64,000 nt of DNA from Phycisphaerae bacterium (GTDB taxonomy: Bacteria > Planctomycetota > Phycisphaerae > UBA1845 > Fen-1342). Each line of letters begins with the position of its first letter. Positions within the stretch are counted from its first letter, which is position 1. The notes beneath the pieces were generated by a model. That model saw nothing but the letters and a program-made list of their open reading frames with translations, did not search any database and was not told the origin of the DNA. This document shows, one piece after another, positions 30,269 to 40,237 of the stretch. A program made the translations under genes and the position numbers. The stretch is taken from NCBI GenBank assembly GCA_963675745.2, contig CAXXWX010000016.1, positions 128,001 to 192,000 on the forward strand, written 5' to 3'.

Positions 30269-30443
30269 CTTGAATCTCCTTGTGGGTTGCTTGGGTTACT
30301 TGAGTGGTCTGATGCACACTTCATGAACCCTTAGCAGCCGCGCGCGGGCGTTCTGACAAAAACCACGGGGATTTTTGAGCGTAAGGAGGATTGTCGCCGG
30401 TGAGTGATAATGTGACGGCCGGCGTCTCGCGGGCGAACGATGT

Positions 30444-30558
30444 TGTAACGACCGGCGCCCCGCCGGCCGCCGATCAGCGCAACGCACCCGCGGCGCGCGA
30501 GATCCCCCGCCACACATCCGCGCCGTGCCGACGGCCTGCGAGGCGCAGGCCGCTACAA
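30444..30558. repeat. REP doublet (REPIN/BIME-like), copy 1
   Basis: TGTAACGACCGGCGCCCCGCCGGCCGC (30444-30470) faces the inverted GTAG-type REP GCCGACGGCCTGCGAGGCGCAGGCCGCTACA (30527-30557). Confidence 0.85.
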
Positions 30559-30571
30559 TTGCACTCGCGGA

Positions 30572-32113
30572 TCAGGCCAGGGCCGCGTCCAATCCCCGGG
30601 TCAGAGCGCGCAGGGCCGCGATCGAGTGCAGGCCGATAAAGTACTCGCGATCGCGCGCTATGCTATCCTGCCGCAGGCGCGTTTCGAGCGTCTCCACGCG
30701 GCCAACAACCTCGCGCCCGGTCGCCGGGTCACCGGCCAGCATTTCGGCGTTCGCTCCGCGGATGGCGTCGAACACGCGCCGGCGCGACACGTGGTCGTGC
30801 GGTTGCGCGGCACGCAGTGCGCCGGACTTACGGATCAGTTCGGTACGTCGCTCGGCCAAGGCCGCAGGCGCCTCAACGTAGCGCTGCGGATTGTAGCGGA
30901 TGTCGCGTGCGGCGTGTCGGGCATCGCGCAGTATTGCCGGGGTAGTACCGCTGTGCGACAGTGGCAGGCACAACGTGGCGCTGATGCAGCAGATGGGCGG
31001 GGCCGCGGCGTCAAAGAAACTCCCGACGAACTCATCCGTCACTTCGTCGTACTTCGCGCCGCCGATGCCGTGGATGAAGAGGTCGGCCAGAAACAGCCGC
31101 ACGAAACTGGAGAGCATCAAAGCCCGTGGGCGCAGTTGCCAGCCGTCGGCCTGGTGCGCCCAGGGCTGCGTGTGCCGTTCAGACGACGCCAGCGCGGCTT
31201 GCGACGTGGTGCTCACCAGCGCTTGGTCCGCATACAGGCGAATATCATCACCGGCCTCCTCAACAAAAAGCCGCGCGCGCGGTTGGCCGGCCCGGACCAG
31301 CCAGAACGGCAGTTCCACGCGCTGGTGCTCCACGATCAGTGGCGGAACCGGGCGCTGCGGGTTCCGCAACTTGTGACGTTGGCGATACGCCGCCTGGGCC
31401 CGGTTATGGTCGGCGGCAAAGGCGCGCGCGTTGAGAATCAGATGGGCGGCGAACGCGCGAAAGGCCTTGGTTTGCGCAAGAGCGGACATGCGGATCGGCG
31501 TTATACCCGTCAGCCCCAGCAGATCCTCAACCGCGCCGTGCCCGCGCTGAATCGCGGCGCAGTAATCCAGCTCACGCTCCCCTCCACCAAGCCACGCCTC
31601 GGCGAACCCCCCGAGCAACACCTCTTTGCGGTCGGGCAACAGCTCGGCAATGCGCGCAAAGCAAGCCTGCCACGCGGAACGCGAGAGCGGCGGTTGCATC
31701 TCCGCCGGCAAATGGCGATCGAGCCCCGGCAGCGGAATGCGAACACGCTCCAGCCCACTGGGAGTTTCGCGTGGCACCGTCAACTCGACGTGCTTGGGCA
31801 CGTCCGAGTCCGCCACCAGAAACAACGCCCGCGCCCCGCTACGCCGCGCCAGCGCATGGTTCGCTATCGTCTTGGCCAACACGCCGGCATGGACAAACTC
31901 CGGCTGGTGGCCGGTCATGACAACTTGCCCGCCCAGGCCGAGAGCGGCACGTAACTCCGCGCGCAACGCGCCGATTGTCGTGTCCAGCAAGGGTGAACGG
32001 CGAAGGGGTGAGGACCAGTCGGTCTTCAGCGCGGCGTGAATCCGCGCCGGGGATGGTTCGATCAGCAACGCCTGGTCGGCGCTGGGTGTCCGGAGACGCC
32101 CGGGCTCGATCAT
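30572..32113 (-). CDS. BshC-like putative ligase (Rossmann-type), function unassigned
   Basis: VMTGHQPE, ADSD, LRPRAL, FIHGIGGAKYD, coiled-coil region and terminal DREY follow the recalled motif order of BshC. ATG at 32113 overlaps the GT2 stop (ATGA). Confidence 0.6.
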   Translation of the reverse strand: MIEPGRLRTPSADQALLIEPSPARIHAALKTDWSSPLRRSPLLDTTIGALRAELRAALGLGGQVVMTGHQPEFVHAGVLAKTIANHALARRSGARALFLVADSDVPKHVELTVPRETPSGLERVRIPLPGLDRHLPAEMQPPLSRSAWQACFARIAELLPDRKEVLLGGFAEAWLGGGERELDYCAAIQRGHGAVEDLLGLTGITPIRMSALAQTKAFRAFAAHLILNARAFAADHNRAQAAYRQRHKLRNPQRPVPPLIVEHQRVELPFWLVRAGQPRARLFVEEAGDDIRLYADQALVSTTSQAALASSERHTQPWAHQADGWQLRPRALMLSSFVRLFLADLFIHGIGGAKYDEVTDEFVGSFFDAAAPPICCISATLCLPLSHSGTTPAILRDARHAARDIRYNPQRYVEAPAALAERRTELIRKSGALRAAQPHDHVSRRRVFDAIRGANAEMLAGDPATGREVVGRVETLETRLRQDSIARDREYFIGLHSIAALRALTRGLDAALA

Positions 32114-32862
32114 CTGCTCTCGGGACATGCACACAGAGTACAGGTCGGTGCCCGCTTTGTCGCGGCGCTGTCGGTGGTCAGTGCGCGCAGCAGCACTTCG
32201 ACATAGTGCAGCAAGCGCGCCTCCGGGTCGTCGAGCGTCCCGCCAAACTCGCGTTGCGTGTCACGGTAGATGCGCCGAACCGGGATTTCGCGCATTTTCA
32301 TACCGGCCCGAGCGAATCGTGGCCAGAATTGCAGCGGAAAAGCGTAGCCCGGCTCATCCAGGCACAACGCGCGCATCGCGGCGACACGGTGGGCCTTGAA
32401 GCCGCAGAATGAGTCGGTCAGCTTCAGGCCCAAGAGCTGCTCCAGCAGGTTGTTGATCAGGAAGTTTATGCGGCGGCGTTCGCGCGGGGCCTCATCGTCG
32501 TCGGGGTGCGGCGCAAGATAGCGCGATCCGCTTATCAGATCCACGTCATTACGCGCAGCGGCCGCGAAGAACTCGGGCAACTGGGCCGGCTCGTGCTGTT
32601 CATCACAGTCCATCGTGACGACCCAGTCATATCCGGCGCGCTGGGCGTAGGCGAAGGCGTCGATCAGACTCTGGCCATACCCGCGGTTCTCGATGTGCGT
32701 AATCGTGGCCACATGGGGGAATTCGGCGAGCAGGCCGGCGGTGGAGTCGGTTGACCCGTCGTTGATCACGAGGATGTCCCGCGCATACCGCGAAACCGCC
32801 GCCAGAACGCGCGGCAGGTAGGGAGCTTCATTGTAGACCGGTATGGCCACCAGAATTCGCAT
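32110..32862 (-). CDS. Glycosyltransferase family 2 (DPM-synthase-like)
   Basis: MRILVAIPVYNE, INDGSTD, NRGYG, MDCDEQH, SGSRY, LTDSFCGFKA; no C-terminal TM region. Confidence 0.93.
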   Translation of the reverse strand: MRILVAIPVYNEAPYLPRVLAAVSRYARDILVINDGSTDSTAGLLAEFPHVATITHIENRGYGQSLIDAFAYAQRAGYDWVVTMDCDEQHEPAQLPEFFAAAARNDVDLISGSRYLAPHPDDDEAPRERRRINFLINNLLEQLLGLKLTDSFCGFKAHRVAAMRALCLDEPGYAFPLQFWPRFARAGMKMREIPVRRIYRDTQREFGGTLDDPEARLLHYVEVLLRALTTDSAATKRAPTCTLCACPESR

Positions 32863-32942
32863 CGACCCGGCTCCCGCGGCATCCCATGGGCAATCCGCCC
32901 GATTCCCACATCGGATGATTCTTCTAGGCCACTGTGCAAATG

Positions 32943-34172
32943 TCAAACGCGAGTTTTGGCCAGTACTTGCAGGGCATCATCGACGATCGCGCCGGCCGCA
33001 TCCGGACGACCCAGGCCTCCGGCGCGGCGCCGCAGCGCCGCCAGTCGGTCGGCATCGTTCAGCATACTGCCAACGCGGTAGCCCAGCATGCGAATATTGT
33101 TGACTTTGACGGCCGCGCCCCCCTCCAGCAGAAAGTCACTGTTGCGGGCTTCCTGCCCGGGAATCGGATTGACAACCACCAGGGGCAGCCCGCAGACCAG
33201 CGCCTCAGACGCGGTCAGCCCCCCGGGCTTGGTTATCGCCACGTCCGCCGCCCGCATGAACTCATGCATCTTGTCCGTAAAGCCAACCACCACGACCGTG
33301 CGGCTGCCGCGGCTGGCTCGGGCCTGGAGCCGGCTGCGCAGTTTCTCGTTGTGACCGGTGACCACAATCAACTGCACCTGAGGCGGCATGCGCATCAGCT
33401 CGCGAAACAGCTCGCCGGTCGGCCCCACACCGAAGCCGCCGCAAAGCAACAACGCCACCGGCTGGTCGAGGCGCAGCCCGTGCTTCCGGCGTGCGAATTC
33501 CCTGGAGATCGGCTGATTGAACGCGGCGCGCACGGGTATGCCGGTCACGTGTACGTCGCGCGGCGCGACGCCCCAGGTCACCAGATACGCCTTACCTTCC
33601 TCCGTGGCGGTGTAGTAGCGCTCCGTGGGCGGCTGCACCCAGAGGCGGTGAGTTTCGAAATCGGTGGTGACGGTCACCTGTGGGCAGCTCAGCCGGTAGC
33701 GCCGCCGCTGAATCGCCACAATTTCCGCCGACAGAAAGTGGGTGTTCACAATCAGGCTGGGCCGGCGGCGAAAGAGGTACTTGACCGTGCTGCGCGTGTT
33801 GATGTTCTGGAAGGCGGTGCGTATCCAGTCGCGGTATTCCTGGTCCGGCCGATCCATGGCCTCGTAGAGCCAACCCATGGCGCTGGGGGCATGGTTGACA
33901 AGTGCCAGGTAACCCTGGGCATACAGGCGGCGGAAGAACCCGTTGGAGAGCTGCAACACATCGATGATCTCGACGTCGCCATGCGGCAGGCGCTCACGAA
34001 ACGCGGATTGCAGCGCCTCGGCCGCGACCATATGACCCGCGCCCGCCGAAGCGCTCAGGATCAGGATCGGGCCCTGATCGGCAGACACGCCGGCACTCTC
34101 ATCGTGCGAAGCCGGTGCGGGGTGAACCTGCGGCGTGGCGGCGTCTCGGATTGTCGACGTGGGTGCGCTCAT
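32943..34172 (-). CDS. MGDG-synthase/UgtP-like diacylglycerol glycosyltransferase (GT28)
   Basis: LSASAGAGH, VNTHF, VTTDF, TGIPV, ITKPGGLTASEA, PIPGQEARN. Confidence 0.92.
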   Translation of the reverse strand: MSAPTSTIRDAATPQVHPAPASHDESAGVSADQGPILILSASAGAGHMVAAEALQSAFRERLPHGDVEIIDVLQLSNGFFRRLYAQGYLALVNHAPSAMGWLYEAMDRPDQEYRDWIRTAFQNINTRSTVKYLFRRRPSLIVNTHFLSAEIVAIQRRRYRLSCPQVTVTTDFETHRLWVQPPTERYYTATEEGKAYLVTWGVAPRDVHVTGIPVRAAFNQPISREFARRKHGLRLDQPVALLLCGGFGVGPTGELFRELMRMPPQVQLIVVTGHNEKLRSRLQARASRGSRTVVVVGFTDKMHEFMRAADVAITKPGGLTASEALVCGLPLVVVNPIPGQEARNSDFLLEGGAAVKVNNIRMLGYRVGSMLNDADRLAALRRRAGGLGRPDAAGAIVDDALQVLAKTRV

Positions 34173-34216
34173 TTGTCGATTCTCAACAAACGTCCGTTCT
34201 CCGCAGGTGGCGGCCG

Positions 34217-34555
34217 TTACACGCACATACGCTTGGTCACGCGCACAAGTGACAGGATGCAGTCTTCCAGGCACATGTGCATGCCGCGCTGCGGCGCAAT
34301 AAGCAAATCATAACCGGGTGGCAGGTCATGCTGCGACAAGCGAAACGCCTCGCGCAGAATCCGTTTTAGCCGGTTTCGCCGCACTGCGCCACCATGCTTG
34401 CGGCTGACGATCAGCCCCAATCGGGTTACGTCCAGTCCGTTGGGCATCACCCAGACAACCAGCGGGCCGTCGTGGGCGCGCCTTCCCTCTGCAAACGCGC
34501 GCTGGAAGTCGCGGCGTTTGCGTACACGCAACCGCGGCGGGAACCTCATGCGCAT
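34217..34555 (-). CDS. rnpA: Ribonuclease P protein component
   Basis: RFPPRLRVRKRRDF, RLGLIVSRKHGGAVRRNRLKRILREAFR (RNR motif). Confidence 0.95.
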   Translation of the reverse strand: MRMRFPPRLRVRKRRDFQRAFAEGRRAHDGPLVVWVMPNGLDVTRLGLIVSRKHGGAVRRNRLKRILREAFRLSQHDLPPGYDLLIAPQRGMHMCLEDCILSLVRVTKRMCV

Positions 34556-34583
34556 GGGCACCCCGTGTGTGCTTCGGCCCGGC

Positions 34584-35760
34584 TCACGATTCCGCCGGCC
34601 GGAAAAATCCGATGCTGGCTGTATGGCCATGCAGGAAGTTCCGCTCCCCGATGGGGCCGATCTCGCCTTGGCAGAACATGCCGGCCACCGGTAACGCACC
34701 ACACTGGTCAGCGATTGCGCGCGTGTCATGATGCGCGCACGAGAATAGGCGTGTCCCGCGGCCGTTGCAACTGAACAACAACGCACCCGCCGGCCGCGGC
34801 GGCGCGCCCTGTGCCAGCAGGGCTGTCAGTTCCTCGCTGGCCGACTCTTCGTCGCGCACGTGAAACTGGAGCGTCTGTCCCGCGCGCACCACGTCGTTGA
34901 TCGCCAGCGTCCCGCTCTCCTGGTCCGAGTCGATCGGATTACGTATGAGGAAATCGTGCGGCTGCTCCCGCCGATCATCGATCACGCGACCAACCAGGAC
35001 GCCGCGCGTGCGCGCCAGTTCGATGTCGCGCTGCCGGCAGGTGCGCAGAACCTCGATGAGCCTTGAAAGCGCCGGTTCTTCGTCGAGCTGTTGGATGATA
35101 TTGCGTTCCGCCTGGGTGACGACCAGCGGCCGCCCGATCGGGCGACAACCCTGTGATACGACAGTGTCGATGCGCGCATTGCCCCAGACCGCCACACCCA
35201 CCAGGCCGCTGCGCAGCGCCTGCCCCTCAAACGCCAGCAGGTTCTGGCCGGGGCGTTCAGCCGCGGATGCCATCCCGCCGATGACGGATCTGCCGGGGTA
35301 TGCCACCTCCAGGCGGTTAAGCAGCTCGAGCGCGCCAGGGCCGCAGGTGAATGGGTCCGCCAGCAGCACGAAGCTCGGCCCCTCATCGGCCGGCACATCA
35401 AGGTACTCGCGTATGCGCTCGGGATGATCGTGTACGGCGACATCGTCGGCGCTCAGGTGAAACGCCTTTACGCGACCGCCCGGCATGTGTGCGGCCCACA
35501 AGGCGACGGCCGGTCGTGACTCCAGTTCCTGTTGATCACAGGCCACAACTTCAGCGCTCGTTCCGATGAACGCCTGCGGGCCGAGGTGGTCATACATGTC
35601 GCCTGTCAGGCGTGTGTACTCCTCCTCGAAGTGCGCGCTGGCGAAGAGTAACCGCCAGGTGTACCGGGCGGTCGCCGAGCGCTTGGCGCACGTCATCTGC
35701 CAGCCGCTTGCCCGTATCGGCCTGGCCGACGCTGGTAGCCAGCGCGGTTGCGACCCGCAT
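34584..35760 (-). pseudogene. FIST sensory-domain protein, split by a +1 frameshift near the 5' end (possibly an artefact)
   Basis: LLADPF, GGMAS, VSQGCRPIG, QFHVRD, LLFSCNGRG, GMFCQGEIGP, LHGHTAS. The N-terminus MRVATALA...PVHLAV is in another frame; deleting one base at 35650-35651 joins it to LFASAHF (391 aa). Confidence 0.85.
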
Positions 35761-35852
35761 TTCTCCCGTTTTGGAATGCATATCAGCGGTGTCCAATCCG
35801 TCACGCCACAGCCGACGCCTTTTTTGATCTGACTGCTAAGCGTCCACAGTAC

Positions 35853-35935
35853 CGTTGCGGCTTGCGCCTAGCGGGCCGCCGAGCTGAAAACATGGTTTCC
35901 GCTCTCCAGCGGCCGGCGGGGCGCCGGCCGTTACA
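35853..35935. repeat. REP doublet, copy 2
   Basis: Degenerate GTAG-type REP at 35853-35882 plus inverted GTAA-type REP GCGGCCGGCGGGGCGCCGGCCGTTACA at 35909-35935. Confidence 0.7.
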
Positions 35936-35937
35936 TT

Positions 35938-36258
35938 TCACGGCAGCCAGTGCTCCTGGTCTCCTGCGTCGTCGTCAGTGACGACGTCAGCCAGCGCGGA
36001 AATGCTGACGACGGCGGCGCGATCAACGAACGTCAACTTTCGGCTGATCCGCCGCACACCGGAGCACTCCAGCTTGCGGGCGTCGTTGAGGTACACCTCC
36101 TTGGTGCTGTGGCCGTCCCGACGGTCGTGAACGTCGGCGTCCGCCAGCCAATACCCGGTTCCGTCGTGTTGTCGCAGCAGGCCGATGTACAACAGCGGCC
36201 CCTGCGTGTCGAGCACGACGCGTTGCCGCAGATACCTGTCCAGCGAAAGCTCGCCCAT
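35938..36258 (-). CDS. Small hypothetical protein, Sm/LSm-like pattern
   Basis: LDRYLRQRVVLD...YIGLLRQHD...LADADV (Sm1-like) and LTFVDRAAVVSIS (Sm2-like). Confidence 0.6.
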   Translation of the reverse strand: MGELSLDRYLRQRVVLDTQGPLLYIGLLRQHDGTGYWLADADVHDRRDGHSTKEVYLNDARKLECSGVRRISRKLTFVDRAAVVSISALADVVTDDDAGDQEHWLP

Positions 36259-36406
36259 CCGTCGCTCACGATTCAGACGCCACCGTGGCCACACCCGTGG
36301 CCGACGTATTACGCTATTCTATGAACAACCACCGCGCAGCACCACGCGTTGCGCGGCGGAAGGAAGTGTGTGGCCGCTTGCGGCGGCACATGAACGAGGT
36401 GCGTCC

Positions 36407-37141
36407 ATGCCGATCGAGCGCGATCAGGCGATCGTCCTGCGTTTGACTGACTACTCGGAAACGTCGCAGATTGCGACGCTGTTCGCGGCCGACGCCGGCC
36501 TGCTGCGTCTGATTGCCAAGGGGATCAAACGCGGCACTTCCAAGCGCTTTGCAACCGGCATGGACCTGCTGGAATTGGGCGAGGTCAACTACGCACCGCC
36601 GCGTGGCGATGCAACACTGGCGACGCTCACCGATTGGACGCAGCGCGACACGTTCAGCGGCCTGCGCAAAAACCTGGCCGGCCTTTACGCCGGCCTCTAC
36701 GCGGCCGAGTTGGTCAGCTCGCTCACGGAAGAGCGCGACCCGCATCCCGAGCTCTTCGAAGCCCTGCACGGATTGCTCGCCGGCCTCGCGGACGGCGGCC
36801 AGATCGCCCTGAAGATCTCGCGCTTCCAATACCGATTGCTGGACGCGATTGGTTATCGGCCCACGTTGGACCGCTGTGTCTCGTGTGACCGCCCGGCGGC
36901 TCCTAACGCCACGCTTTACTTCAGCAGCGCGGCCGGCGGCATCGTCTGCCGCGATTGTGAGATGCACTATGTCGAGAAACGCCCGCTGCGCCGCGGCTTG
37001 ATCGGCGCCAAGCGTGAGGCGCGTGACGCCTCGGCATGGTTCGAGTTACTGGACTATCATCTGTGTAATATCGCGGGTCACGGCTTTAAGTCGACGTCGC
37101 AATTGGCACGCCAACTGGCTCGTCTCGCGGAAGGCGCGTGA
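36407..37141 (+). CDS. recO: DNA repair protein RecO
   Basis: AIVLRLTDYSETSQIATLF...GLLRLIAKG; IGYRPTLDRCVSC...GGIVCRDC zinc finger. Confidence 0.94.
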   Translation: MPIERDQAIVLRLTDYSETSQIATLFAADAGLLRLIAKGIKRGTSKRFATGMDLLELGEVNYAPPRGDATLATLTDWTQRDTFSGLRKNLAGLYAGLYAAELVSSLTEERDPHPELFEALHGLLAGLADGGQIALKISRFQYRLLDAIGYRPTLDRCVSCDRPAAPNATLYFSSAAGGIVCRDCEMHYVEKRPLRRGLIGAKREARDASAWFELLDYHLCNIAGHGFKSTSQLARQLARLAEGA

Positions 37142-37329
37142 CAATCGTGTGCGATCCCGATCCTGATCGCGCTCAGCACGGCGAAGGAACCGGCCCCGGC
37201 CGGATGTTCTAAGCCACTTACGCAAGCGGACTTACATCGACGCGGCAAGTGTGGTCCCCGCCGGCGCGGATTAGCCGTTGGTTTGGCGCGGGTATTGCGA
37301 GGGGCAGTGATGAGGCCTATACTGTGCCC

Positions 37330-37410
37330 CAATCAGGTTGTCTCGGCGACCTTCCGCGCCCGGAAGTGAACGACTGGGACATTACCCAAGTGTTGTAAGG
37401 AGAATGGGCC
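37330..37410 (+). promoter_or_regulatory. Putative rpsO (S15) autoregulatory leader
   Basis: Position directly before rpsO; short pairings TTCC/GGAA and TGGG/CCCA next to the AAGGAG RBS. Function inferred from S15 leaders in other bacteria. Confidence 0.4.
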
Positions 37411-37680
37411 GTGGCATTATCCACAGAGGAAAAAACAGAGGTCACAAAAGACCACCGCCGGCATGACACGGACACGGGCTCCGCGGAAGTGCAGATTGCG
37501 GTGTTGACCACACGCATCAAGCAGTTGACGGAACATTTGCGGTCGCACGCGAAAGATCACTCAGCGCGGCGCGGGTTGCTCAAAATGGTTGGGCGCCGTT
37601 CAGCGCTGTTGAAGTTTCTCGCCCGAGGGTCACACGATCGCTATTTGGAGACGATCGGGAAATTGGGCTTGCGCAAATAG
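37411..37680 (+). CDS. rpsO: 30S ribosomal protein S15
   Basis: DTGSAEVQIAVLT...HAKDHSARRGLLKMVGRR...LGLRK, 89 aa. Confidence 0.98.
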   Translation: MALSTEEKTEVTKDHRRHDTDTGSAEVQIAVLTTRIKQLTEHLRSHAKDHSARRGLLKMVGRRSALLKFLARGSHDRYLETIGKLGLRK

Positions 37681-37912
37681 GGTGCGAGAGCGGTCAGCGA
37701 AAACCGCAGCGCTCGCGATCGGGATTCCACGGGGGGCATGTGGAACAGTGCGAGCAACGAATCTGAAGCACTCAACACTCGCAGCCGCGTGGCGCTTTGC
37801 AAGCGCTCGCGGCGCGCTGTGTATTTGGGGGGCATCGGATCAGACGGACAGCAAGACAACTTACAGGCAGAGATTACAGAGAGTCTGAGAAACTAGGGCA
37901 GGTAGAATAGCG

Positions 37913-40009
37913 ATGGTATTCAAAGTCGAACGGCAAGTAGGTGAATGCGTTCTATCAATCGAGGTCGGCAAAGTCGCCAAGCAGGCGGCCGGCGCCGCGG
38001 TGGTTCGTTATGGCGATACCGTCGTGCTCGGGACGGTGGTCTCTTCTGATCCGCGCCCGGGGATAGATTTTTTCCCTCTCCAGGTCGATTATCGTGAGCG
38101 CATGGCCGCCGCGGGCAAGTTCCCCGGCGGCTTTTTCAAGCGCGAAGGCCGACCCTCCGCCAAGGAAATCCTCTCGGCGCGCATGATCGACCGCCCGATT
38201 CGGCCGCTGTTTCCGAAGGATTTCAAGAACGAAGTCCAGATTCAGGTAATCACGTTGGCGGTCGACTGCCAGCATGATACGGATGTGCTGGGCCTTGTGG
38301 CCGCGGCCGCCGCCCTCGCCGTCGCCCCGATTCCGTTCGAGGGACCGGTCGCGGGCGTTCGTGTGGCCCATGTGGAAGGCAAGTACATCATTAACCCGAC
38401 TCAGGCGCAGCTCGAGTACAGCGACCTGGACCTGGTGCTCGCCGGCCATCCGGACGGCGTCAACATGATCGAGGTCGGCGCCGACGAAGCCTCGGAAAAA
38501 ACCGTGCTCGATGCCATCAAGTTCGGTCACGAGCAGGGCATTCAGCCAATCTGTGAAATGCTCGAGGAACTCAAACGCAACGTTGGCAAACCGTCCACCT
38601 GGGAAGCCCCCGAAGCTGACAGCGCGTTTGCCGAAGAGATCAACAAGAAAGCCTACGAACGGCTGCGTGAAGCCAAGAGCATCGCCGGCAAACAGGAGCG
38701 CTACGACGCCGTTAACGTCGTATATTCCGAGCTTCTCGATGAGTATTGCCCGGAAGATGCCCCCGAGAGCGAACGAACTCGTGGCGAAGTCAGAGAGGCG
38801 ATCCAGGAGGTCGAAAAGTCCGTCATTCGCGACCGCCTGCTCAATGACGGTGTCCGGCCCGATGGCCGTGACGCCGAGACAATCCGACCGATTGACTGCG
38901 AGGTGGCGTGGTTGCCACGCATTCACGGATCGGCCGTGTTCACGCGCGGCGAAACTCAGGCCCTGGTGGTCACGACGCTCGGCACGCCGCGCGATGAGCA
39001 GACCATTGACGACATGATGGGTGAGTATTCGAAGAAGTTCCTGCTGCACTACAATTTCCCCCCCTTCTCGGTCGGAGAAGCCCGCCGCATCATGGGGCCC
39101 GGACGGCGTGAGATCGGGCACGGCGCGCTGGCCGAGCGCAGCCTCCAGGCGGTGCTGCCATCGCCGGACGACTTCCCATACACCATTCGCCTGGTCAGTG
39201 ATATTCTCGAGTCAAACGGGTCCAGCTCGATGGCAACCGTCTGCGGCGGCACGATGAGCCTGATGGACGCGGGCGTGCCGATCAAAGCGCCGGTTGCGGG
39301 CATTTCGGTGGGAATGTTCACCAACAGCGACAAGCATCAGTTGGTGATCGACATTCTCGGTGAAGAGGATCATTTTGGCGACATGGACTTCAAGGTCGCC
39401 GGTACCGAAAACGGCATCACGGGCATCCAGCTTGACCTCAAGGCGCGCGGCCTGAGTCATGAGCTGATCGCCGAGACATTCGAGCTGGCCAAGAAGGGGC
39501 GGCTGCACATCCTCAAGGAAATGGCCAAAACCCTCGACAAGCCACGGCAGGACATCAGTGAACACGCCCCAAGAATGTTGACGATCCGGATCGATCCTGA
39601 GAAGATCGGTAAGGTGATTGGCCCGGGCGGCAAGTCGATCAAGGCTTTGCAGGCCGCCAGCGGCGCACAGATCGATATCGAGGAAGACGGCACGATCTTC
39701 ATTTCGTGCCTGGAGGCCAAGGGCGCCGAGGAAGCACGCAGCGCGATCGAGCGCATGACCGAAGATGTCAAGGTCGGTCGCATCTATGATGGGACGGTGA
39801 CGACCATCCGCGACTTCGGCGCGTTTGTTGAGTTGTTTGAAGGCCAGGATGGCCTGTGCCACATCAGCGAGTTGGCCGACGGCTATGTAAAGAGCGTCAC
39901 TGATGAGGTCTCGCTGGGTCAGAAGGTCAAGGTCAAGGTGATCGCGATCGACCAGCAGGGCCGTGTAAAGCTCTCGCGTAAGGCCGCGCTGAAAGAGACG
40001 ACGGAATAG
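37913..40009 (+). CDS. pnp: Polyribonucleotide nucleotidyltransferase (PNPase)
   Basis: [42 protein letters not shown] (IGPGGK) and S1 domains; follows rpsO. Confidence 0.98.
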   Translation: MVFKVERQVGECVLSIEVGKVAKQAAGAAVVRYGDTVVLGTVVSSDPRPGIDFFPLQVDYRERMAAAGKFPGGFFKREGRPSAKEILSARMIDRPIRPLFPKDFKNEVQIQVITLAVDCQHDTDVLGLVAAAAALAVAPIPFEGPVAGVRVAHVEGKYIINPTQAQLEYSDLDLVLAGHPDGVNMIEVGADEASEKTVLDAIKFGHEQGIQPICEMLEELKRNVGKPSTWEAPEADSAFAEEINKKAYERLREAKSIAGKQERYDAVNVVYSELLDEYCPEDAPESERTRGEVREAIQEVEKSVIRDRLLNDGVRPDGRDAETIRPIDCEVAWLPRIHGSAVFTRGETQALVVTTLGTPRDEQTIDDMMGEYSKKFLLHYNFPPFSVGEARRIMGPGRREIGHGALAERSLQAVLPSPDDFPYTIRLVSDILESNGSSSMATVCGGTMSLMDAGVPIKAPVAGISVGMFTNSDKHQLVIDILGEEDHFGDMDFKVAGTENGITGIQLDLKARGLSHELIAETFELAKKGRLHILKEMAKTLDKPRQDISEHAPRMLTIRIDPEKIGKVIGPGGKSIKALQAASGAQIDIEEDGTIFISCLEAKGAEEARSAIERMTEDVKVGRIYDGTVTTIRDFGAFVELFEGQDGLCHISELADGYVKSVTDEVSLGQKVKVKVIAIDQQGRVKLSRKAALKETTE

Positions 40010-40016
40010 CGTTTCA

Positions 40017-40038
40017 CGCGGGCGTATGTGAGCCCGCG
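40017..40038 (+). terminator. Hairpin after pnp
   Basis: CGCGGGC-GTATGTGA-GCCCGCG immediately after the stop codon; weak U-tract. Confidence 0.45.
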
Positions 40039-40237
40039 CGTTGGCATACGACTGGCGGACAAGCGGGGTTGTCTTGTCCGTTGCGCCACTCGCCAGGATT
40101 CTGGCGAGCGGCTCGGGATAGGTGTGTGCGGCAATTCTGTCGCATTCACTCCCGCGGTCGGTGTCTGTCAGTCTCATTTCGAATCGGGAGCCGCGCCCCA
40201 CGCACCTCTAAGTAAAGCGGCTCCGGAGGTCGGCATT

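Noticed and set aside
34217..34555. rnpA marking the dnaA-rpmH-yidC origin region
   Set aside because: None of those neighbours is present here.
37417..37425. Perfect DnaA box TTATCCACA
   Set aside because: It lies inside rpsO codons (Leu-Ser-Thr) and is isolated; likely chance.
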